From the IMG/VR virus record IMGVR_UViG_3300028887_000002, positions 1-64,000 of that record: 64,000 bases of DNA, one strand, 5' to 3'. The DNA is from a virus (Duplodnaviria; Heunggongvirae; Uroviricota; Caudoviricetes). The position numbers and the translations under genes were made by a program. How positions within the stretch are numbered: the stretch's first letter is position 1; each line of letters starts with the position of its first letter. Below are positions 57,711-64,000 of the stretch, piece by piece. The notes beneath the pieces are model-generated. The model was not told the origin of the DNA and did not search any database. It saw nothing but the letters and a program-made list of their open reading frames with translations.

Positions 57711-57775
57711 ATGAACGTAAGGTATTAAGAGTACCTCATACTGAACCCGCCCTGGATATGGCTGACCAGGGCGGG
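57696..57775 (+). other. putative programmed -1 frameshift signal
   Basis: TTA AAA AAA AAA TAA; the -1 frame reads INERKVLRVPH...DM into the next ORF; downstream hairpins. Confidence 0.65.
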
Positions 57776-58351
57776 GCAGACTTCGGTCAGATGCCCCCTA
57801 TGCCGCCTATGGATATGAATGGCGGTATGCCCCCAATGGGCAATAACATGATGCCACCTGCTGACGATGGTGAAAATTACGAGGCTGATATGAACATTGA
57901 TGTTGAAGCCGATGAAAACACCGAGCCTGAAAAATACATACAGCAGGTTACTGGCAAACTCAGCCAATCCTTAAGAAAATACAACGAATCACTACCACAG
58001 CCAGATGCTGACCTCAACAAGTATGTTGCTGGAATGATAAACGCACAGGCACTTAAGGGTCTTTCAAAGGAAGATGCTGATGAAATAATCAAGAAGATAC
58101 AGGACGATACTGCGAATCCCGAACAATCACAGGGTAACGAAGGTGGTGAAATGCCGAACGATATGCAACCGCCAATGCAAGGTGATGAAGGTGGAATGCA
58201 ACCGCAGGGTAATGAACCCCCAATGATGGAAGGCCGTTTGTCTGAAAGGACTATTTCAACCTTGAAGAAAAATGACGATATAAGTGCTGAACCTAAGAAG
58301 AAAAAATCCTTCAAAACGTCACCTTATAATTCGCCTTCGTGGAAGAAATAA
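57758..58351 (+). CDS. M/P/Q-rich scaffold-like protein, probably the frameshift extension of 56157
   Basis: KYIQQVTGKLSQSLR..KYVAGMI core; reading frame open upstream to the A10 run. Confidence 0.65.
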   Translation: MADQGGADFGQMPPMPPMDMNGGMPPMGNNMMPPADDGENYEADMNIDVEADENTEPEKYIQQVTGKLSQSLRKYNESLPQPDADLNKYVAGMINAQALKGLSKEDADEIIKKIQDDTANPEQSQGNEGGEMPNDMQPPMQGDEGGMQPQGNEPPMMEGRLSERTISTLKKNDDISAEPKKKKSFKTSPYNSPSWKK

Positions 58352-58379
58352 TGCTGATTGTATAATACACAAGAAATAT

Positions 58380-58410
58380 TTTGCCAAGTGAAAAATATAT
58401 ACTACTTTTG
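58380..58410 (+). promoter_or_regulatory. early promoter (plus strand)
   Basis: TTTG-N19-TACTTTTG. Confidence 0.7.
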
Positions 58411-58429
58411 TAGTATATATTTTTTTTTT

Positions 58430-58861
58430 ATGAAACGACAACCAAGAATTTCAAAAGAAATCAAATTAGATGATTTGAATTTCAAAAGTACCTACGGAAC
58501 TTTTAACCGTAACATTCCAAATGTAATTTATATCAATGGGAAGACAAAGGTTAAACCTATCGTTGAAAAGACTGACTATTCAATGGATTCAAGGAATATA
58601 AAGAAATCCTTCACAAATTTTGTTGATAAAACCGTGAAGGATAATGATACTTTCTTTGATGAATATATATGTACTTGCGATGTAAGCGAGAATGGTCTGG
58701 AATATGGGAAGAGAAGCAATCTGAAGTATTCGGTTTTCCTAAAGCCCAAGGAATTGAAACCGATTGAGGATTATCTTTCTGTTATCAGTAACTTTAATGC
58801 AACCGTAACTAGTTTTCTGAGTGAAGAGTTGAACGAAAGAGGCTTTGAGACTAGGTACTAG
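58430..58861 (+). CDS. hypothetical protein
   Basis: Start moved to MKRQPR, downstream of the promoter. Confidence 0.6.
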   Translation: MKRQPRISKEIKLDDLNFKSTYGTFNRNIPNVIYINGKTKVKPIVEKTDYSMDSRNIKKSFTNFVDKTVKDNDTFFDEYICTCDVSENGLEYGKRSNLKYSVFLKPKELKPIEDYLSVISNFNATVTSFLSEELNERGFETRY

Positions 58862-60546
58862 TTTTCGGTTTCCTCTTCCACCTCAGCAGTACACATGACA
58901 CCATTACATTCAAAAGAGACCGTCTTTGCTGAAGGATTCAGTGGTGTCCAGTACTTAATGTGGATGAGTTCTCCGTCAACATTGCCCCACTTGCACGGCT
59001 TTATACATTTGTAGCAGTCGGTATCACCGACCAACTCGTCAATAACGTCAGGATATTCCTTGCATGTCACCTGAAAAGCCTTGTTGAGCATTCGTGCTTG
59101 CCATTTATTAACTAACTTTACAAGCCCAATCATTCGGTTGAAATTAGACAAACCAACTTTCAACCAGCCGAACTTTGTTTTCTTGATGGGTATGAGACAG
59201 TGGTCGATTTTGAACCATAGTTTAGTCCACCAACTGCCACCGTACCATACGCGGTAGCCACAAAGTATCTGGGCAAGACCCCCATCCCAAAAGGTTAAAT
59301 ATTCGTCACGATAGCAATTGCCACACCAGTAACCCTTTCCATTTTGTCTTACATATATGATATGATTTGGAACTGTACAACAATATACTTCGCCATCATA
59401 GTCAACCCATTCTTCGGTAAAATTCTTTATAAGTCCATGTCTTACTTTTGAAGTTTCAATCTCAACTTCTTTGTTCTTCATCCAATTTATTTCATATGAT
59501 GGTTTTTTTGATATTATTTTATGTCCACTCTCTTTTATTATTGATGTTTTATGTCTATCACGTATACGTACTCTAAATGTATCTCCACATTTCAATATTA
59601 ATTCACATACATCATCAGATAACTGTTTAGATGTTGTAGTTAATATGTTGCTGGTTTTCGCTTGGTGTCCATCCCCGATATATAAATATTCCAAAAACAA
59701 ACGGATTGACTCTTTATCGAGTTCTTTTATGAAAGAAGGAACTTTTTTATTTTCAGCACCACGTCCACAATTATTTGTAATCCATTCTCTTAATAATGGT
59801 TGGCTAAAATATTTGAAAGAGTTTGGTTTATTAGTATGAGGAATGAAGCCCATATTACTGATTAATGATTTTGCTAGTTCTGTTTCGGTATATGGGTTAT
59901 GTGCAATGTTAATTGTTGTTTTATAAGTAAATCCTTCAGCAACATAAAACCCTAAAAATTTCAAAAAGGGTTTCATTTCAATTCGTACTTCACTGTAATG
60001 GTCGATTCTTGTGTACGGTTTACTTTTCCGATTAACCTTTACAATTTTTTCAGTTGCAGGAATTACGAAAAATTCTTCAGGTGTTTTGCCGTCCCATTTT
60101 ACATCCTTCTTAAATCGCTTGTCTTGCCCAAAATAAGTGTCAGGTGTTGTTAATTCAAATGGGTGACACCGTTTTTCTTGTTTTTTGAAATATGAGCCTT
60201 TGCTAACATATAAATTATGATTTGGTGTTACAAGAATATCAAGCCCTCTATTCATAAGTTTATACATTTTCCCTTCATAATGATAATGTATAATATCGGT
60301 TGGGCGATTATATTCAAGATACTCACCGTCTTTGAGTGTCGCAACTTCATCTTCCATAGTTATATCTTTTATATTTTTCCAACCATTTTTAGTTAAGATT
60401 TCAGCGGAATCCGTAAAGCATCCCCACTTTTCTTTCCCACACACACCCATTCGCGCCCACTTGTGTATGCGTTTTTCAACAGCGTTTATCGCACTATATA
60501 AATTGTCGCCGTGTTCCTTAAACCAATCGTCACCCCATTCATGCAT
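58858..60546 (-). CDS. intein-containing protein of unknown function (194-aa extein)
   Basis: Extein ...VCGKEKWG|CYRDEYL... Confidence 0.75.
   Translation of the reverse strand: MHEWGDDWFKEHGDNLYSAINAVEKRIHKWARMGVCGKEKWGCFTDSAEILTKNGWKNIKDITMEDEVATLKDGEYLEYNRPTDIIHYHYEGKMYKLMNRGLDILVTPNHNLYVSKGSYFKKQEKRCHPFELTTPDTYFGQDKRFKKDVKWDGKTPEEFFVIPATEKIVKVNRKSKPYTRIDHYSEVRIEMKPFLKFLGFYVAEGFTYKTTINIAHNPYTETELAKSLISNMGFIPHTNKPNSFKYFSQPLLREWITNNCGRGAENKKVPSFIKELDKESIRLFLEYLYIGDGHQAKTSNILTTTSKQLSDDVCELILKCGDTFRVRIRDRHKTSIIKESGHKIISKKPSYEINWMKNKEVEIETSKVRHGLIKNFTEEWVDYDGEVYCCTVPNHIIYVRQNGKGYWCGNCYRDEYLTFWDGGLAQILCGYRVWYGGSWWTKLWFKIDHCLIPIKKTKFGWLKVGLSNFNRMIGLVKLVNKWQARMLNKAFQVTCKEYPDVIDELVGDTDCYKCIKPCKWGNVDGELIHIKYWTPLNPSAKTVSFECNGVMCTAEVEEETEN
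59317..60420 (-). mobile_element. intein with LAGLIDADG homing endonuclease (368 aa)
   Basis: G|CFTDSAEILTKNGWK, VTPNHNL, FLGFYVAEG, LYIGDG, VYCCTVPNH...WCGN|C. Confidence 0.9.
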
Positions 60547-60627
60547 AGTAGTTAATTTTTTTTTATGTTTATAAATATTGTTTTATAGGTTAATCAGCCG
60601 ATAGATTATATTTATAGGCTATTTAGC

Positions 60628-61497
60628 CTATAGTTTTGTTGCTTTATCCTTATATACAGCAATTCCTCTGGTATCAGTTGGTAGTTCAATCTTGCTATTA
60701 TCATTATATTCAATGATGTATTTTTGGTTTTCATTATCAATGTATATTTCAGACACACCATTTATTCCTGCCATATAATCAAAATCGGTTTGTTCAAGCG
60801 ACCTAATGCGTAGTATTGTTTCAGAAGTAGAATATTCAACATTTTCTTTATCTTTGTTTTTTGTTGATTTCAGCACACACTTATAGCAACCGTCTGGTGT
60901 GACTTCAACTTCGGTTTCTTGTTCGGGATAGTAGAAGGTATTGTTTTTAAGAATATTATCAATGGTTGAGTTATATTCGGGATTGGAAGATTCTATTTCA
61001 TATATTTCTTTTGTCTTATCATCCCATATGTAGCCATTCTTTTCAAGTTTGTTGAAGAAATTTTCTTTTTCACCAGGTGTTGCGTAACGATAAGATAAAT
61101 GTGGCAGATACATTGTGTCAGGGTCTTCGTTATATGCAATAAAAAAATTTGTATTTTCATTGTATCTATCATATATTAAAGTGTTGTGCTCATCCCTATC
61201 GTTTTTTGCTGTAATCACATCACCATGTTTAAACAGCACTTTCTGCCACTCAACCCAATTTCTATGTTTTTCTGATGGGAATAGCATACATTCTCCATCG
61301 GGACAGTTATGGAATTTACCATTAGCCGAAAACAAACGCGAATATCTGTGATTGTCGAATGTTTCTATTGCGTTTCTTTCTCCAACAGTATCATATACGC
61401 AGTTTAGTTCAACCTCACCAAAAATTGGGCTATATAATTTGAGACCTCTCGGCGCATCCTTCAAAATTTCACCAATGTTAACATTATTCTCGTTCAT
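60628..61497 (-). CDS. hypothetical protein (paralog of 41049-42326)
   Basis: LKDAP.G.KLYSPIFG...ECMLFPS..RNW..WQ..YRYAT. Confidence 0.65.
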   Translation of the reverse strand: MNENNVNIGEILKDAPRGLKLYSPIFGEVELNCVYDTVGERNAIETFDNHRYSRLFSANGKFHNCPDGECMLFPSEKHRNWVEWQKVLFKHGDVITAKNDRDEHNTLIYDRYNENTNFFIAYNEDPDTMYLPHLSYRYATPGEKENFFNKLEKNGYIWDDKTKEIYEIESSNPEYNSTIDNILKNNTFYYPEQETEVEVTPDGCYKCVLKSTKNKDKENVEYSTSETILRIRSLEQTDFDYMAGINGVSEIYIDNENQKYIIEYNDNSKIELPTDTRGIAVYKDKATKL

Positions 61498-62077
61498 AAC
61501 CTATAAATTTTTCAATTAATTCAGATAGTTTTATAAATTCACCATCCTTGCTCAACAATATTGTGTTCGGACAAAGAACCTGTTTGTTCTCATCATATTC
61601 ATCAAACTGAAAGTTTTCCTTAAAATATTCTATCATACCGCCACATTGGTCTAATTCTTCAAAGGTTATAACACCAAAGAACTTGAGGCATTTGTCAGTG
61701 CATTTCTCGTAATTCCAATCGTTTATCGAACCATCAGAGTTGACCGACATTGAAATATAGTCGCCATAACCTTCTTCTCCGATACAACAGAAGTCTGGGA
61801 CATATCCGTCAATACTGTGAATAACTTTATTATCATATACTAATTCATAAGTTCCACTATCACACAGTTTGTCATAAAGACCAACTTCCTTGCCATTCCA
61901 ATTCTGAACAACACCAGTCTTTATATCAATGTCCCAAACAACTTCTTCGTTATCCTTGTTGTATCCTGTTAGATTTTCAAGTACATCTTCTTGGTCAACA
62001 CCAACCATTTCAAACTGGTCTTGGTCTTCTGACCATACTGGGATATGAAGCCTAAAAAATAATTTATTTTCTTCCAT
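61484..62077 (-). CDS. conserved phage hypothetical protein
   Basis: IDIKTG.V.NW..KLCDSGTY..GYVPD..GYGDYI...DG.I.DW. Confidence 0.65.
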   Translation of the reverse strand: MEENKLFFRLHIPVWSEDQDQFEMVGVDQEDVLENLTGYNKDNEEVVWDIDIKTGVVQNWNGKEVGLYDKLCDSGTYELVYDNKVIHSIDGYVPDFCCIGEEGYGDYISMSVNSDGSINDWNYEKCTDKCLKFFGVITFEELDQCGGMIEYFKENFQFDEYDENKQVLCPNTILLSKDGEFIKLSELIEKFIGYERE

Positions 62078-62081
62078 ATTA

Positions 62082-62279
62082 TTAATTTTTGAAATTATTA
62101 TTTTCAGCATTTGCATTAATTAAGGATTTGAGCAACCACTTTGCCATGCTTCTCGCTGCGTTATAACAAGCGTTGTATGTCGTTTCCGTGCCATCCATAC
62201 CGCTATAATATTCTGACCATTCAGTTGCGAGTTCCTTGCTTTTCATTTCAATGAGTTTGTCAATATCAATGTTTGTCAT
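62082..62279 (-). CDS. hypothetical protein
   Basis: Operon packing. Confidence 0.5.
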   Translation of the reverse strand: MTNIDIDKLIEMKSKELATEWSEYYSGMDGTETTYNACYNAARSMAKWLLKSLINANAENNNFKN

Positions 62280-62290
62280 ATCTTTTCCTT

Positions 62291-63007
62291 CTATTTTGTT
62301 TCTAAATTTATAGATATTTCAAGACTTTTGGAAACAGTTCCAAGACAATCAACCATTATAATACCGCTATCTTCATTAGTAATATCCTCTGTTTGGGTGT
62401 GACCTACAATCTGTATAACATCAGTATCTTTGTATAGGTTGTCCTGTGCAAGCGAATAAGGTCTAATCCATAACGGGGACTGTGAATAATCATCCCCATA
62501 TACATCCCACAGGCTTGAGTTAGGCTCAAACATAAATGCCGTCTTGTCACGTTGCCACACAATATTGATAGCCGCTTCCATCTGCTGTGGCTTCATCTTT
62601 GCGTCTGCAACGTATTTGCTTGCCCAAGTATTGGTTATCCCTGCGTGGGTGACAATATACTTGTTTCCGATTGCATATGCGACACCATGAAAATACTGTG
62701 TATTGTCTTTGAGCAACTTGGTAATCTTTCTCGCATTATGGACTTGGTATCGGCTATACCTTTCCTGACATTCTTTCATATAGTGAAGGTCATGGTTTCC
62801 ATATAGTAATATGATGTTGTCGGGGTATTTCTTTTTTAGTTCAATTATAGAATTGAAATTATCCGACATCATATTGAAGTCTATTTTACTGTCATACGGG
62901 TCAAAATAATCACCTACGAAGATGTTTGTCGCATCAGTCGTATTAACAAGGTTTTTCCAGTTTGTGCGCCCGTGTATGTCGCCGATAATATTGAATTTCT
63001 TTTCCAT
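62291..63007 (-). CDS. metallophosphoesterase
   Basis: GDIHGR, GDYFD, GNHD, THAG, PLWIRP, QIVGHT. Confidence 0.88.
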   Translation of the reverse strand: MEKKFNIIGDIHGRTNWKNLVNTTDATNIFVGDYFDPYDSKIDFNMMSDNFNSIIELKKKYPDNIILLYGNHDLHYMKECQERYSRYQVHNARKITKLLKDNTQYFHGVAYAIGNKYIVTHAGITNTWASKYVADAKMKPQQMEAAINIVWQRDKTAFMFEPNSSLWDVYGDDYSQSPLWIRPYSLAQDNLYKDTDVIQIVGHTQTEDITNEDSGIIMVDCLGTVSKSLEISINLETK

Positions 63008-63020
63008 AAAAAAATATTTT

Positions 63021-63308
63021 TTATAATGATAAACCGATTCCAAGGCAAATCGCTGTGGTAAAAGTAAAAAGTATTCGCCAAAATGTATCGTTGATATCTG
63101 CACCCATCCCGCTATATGTGTTTGCAATTGCAGCCATCGTTATGTTTAACAGCATACCGAAAGAGAATATGCCCATTGATATTAATGCCGACTTAAGTGA
63201 CAGGAATATCCATAACAGTGTTACCATAAATACCACGCACCCAAAGAGCATAATACCAAAATATTTGTTATATTTCGGTTGGTTATTATTTTGTTCTAAG
63301 CCTTCCAT
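63021..63308 (-). CDS. membrane protein (3 TM)
   Basis: Hydrophobic helices. Confidence 0.6.
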   Translation of the reverse strand: MEGLEQNNNQPKYNKYFGIMLFGCVVFMVTLLWIFLSLKSALISMGIFSFGMLLNITMAAIANTYSGMGADINDTFWRILFTFTTAICLGIGLSL

Positions 63309-63751
63309 CGTAGTCCGTCAATGTTTAGTTTGGATATTACTTTCTTTAAGTTTGGAAATAACATTTCAAGGTCGTTTGAAAGTGTGTACCAGTCAACTTC
63401 GGGTATCATTTCGCCAGTTTTGTTCGACTTGAACAGCGATGTGCATTTCAGTTCGTTTGTGTCAATGTCGTTCGGAAGTTCAACTGAAAATAGGTACAAG
63501 TCCTTTTTCTTTATATATGGGAATAAACCCTCATCCTTTATTGGACTGGATGCTTCTTCCGCAAGTTCCTTTATATCAATTCCAGTTTCCTCCTTGAGTT
63601 CTCTTGCGCAAGTCTCAAAATAACCCTCACCCTCTTCGACATGACCTTTCGGGATATCAAAGTTTCCCTCCTTGAAAGGCTTCTCGTTTGGGTGGGTCAT
63701 TAATATGCCCGACGGACACTTTATAATAATTCCAGCACTAATTACTTTCAT
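63296..63751 (-). CDS. Nudix hydrolase
   Basis: PKGHVEEGE...CARELKEETG. Confidence 0.92.
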   Translation of the reverse strand: MKVISAGIIIKCPSGILMTHPNEKPFKEGNFDIPKGHVEEGEGYFETCARELKEETGIDIKELAEEASSPIKDEGLFPYIKKKDLYLFSVELPNDIDTNELKCTSLFKSNKTGEMIPEVDWYTLSNDLEMLFPNLKKVISKLNIDGLRWKA

Positions 63752-63993
63752 GCTTTGTCGTTGTTTTCTAAGTTTATTATTTTCCCGTCAAGGTTGACAT
63801 ACGGTATATTGAGGTGTACATATTCCTCATCCCAATCATCGTACATCATATCCCACCATGGGTTCTTTACATATGCGTTCGCATTACTATTACTATAAAA
63901 GATAATGCGCTCGATGGTATAGACTGTTGCATCTGGTATCTCATACTTGATTGCACACTTTTCTAATTCTGTAATTATACTGTCAAAGTTCAC
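63748..63993 (-). CDS. hypothetical protein (start may lie beyond the window)
   Basis: Operon packing. Confidence 0.45.
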   Translation of the reverse strand: MNFDSIITELEKCAIKYEIPDATVYTIERIIFYSNSNANAYVKNPWWDMMYDDWDEEYVHLNIPYVNLDGKIINLENNDKA

Positions 63994-64000
63994 GAACTTT

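Noticed and set aside
1-64000. Genome-wide TAG-to-Gln recoding (Lak or crAss-like code 15)
   Set aside because: Long genes are intact in code 11, and dUTPase, Dcm and the protease end naturally at TAG. In-frame TAG-NNN-ATG junctions (1273, 3400, 26358) are matched by similar TAA junctions. Only one internal TAG was seen.
1-64000. tRNA or rRNA genes
   Set aside because: Intergenic gaps are short and AT-rich, and no cloverleaf or T-loop signature was recognised by eye. tRNAscan-SE would be needed to exclude them.

Overview
This is a 64-kb segment of a large, AT-rich dsDNA jumbo or huge phage with a T4-like head module (gp21-type prohead protease). The host is almost certainly Bacteroidetes: about 15 copies of the Bacteroidetes primary-sigma promoter (TTTG-N19/20-TAnnTTTG) drive dense, mostly minus-strand early operons. 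A second motif, TATTTAT, precedes virion/late genes. Recognisable genes include dUTPase, IMPDH/GMPR, ClpP-like and ClpC/B-like proteins, RuvC, an SbcD/gp47 nuclease, amidase, GH73, DenV, Thg1, a C5 methyltransferase, a PD-(D/E)XK nuclease, SSB, phosphoesterases and a Nudix hydrolase. The window also holds three TnpB elements with no tnpA visible, a 45-bp collapsed IS scar and two LAGLIDADG inteins. Main leads: (1) a family of late proteins, several ADP-ribosyltransferase-like, shares an amphipathic N-terminal leader ending in (L/I)-x-E, consistent with capsid targeting and prohead-protease processing. (2) A probable programmed -1 frameshift at an A10 run fuses two scaffold-like ORFs and creates an INE site at the junction. 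(3) One TnpB element carries a phage late motif for tnpB plus an outward early promoter and start codon that re-express the 3' half of the gene it broke; a solo LE/RE scar of the same element lies nearby. (4) A 538-aa TnpB element has a pseudoknot-like 5' leader. All calls come from reading motifs by eye; no searches were run.
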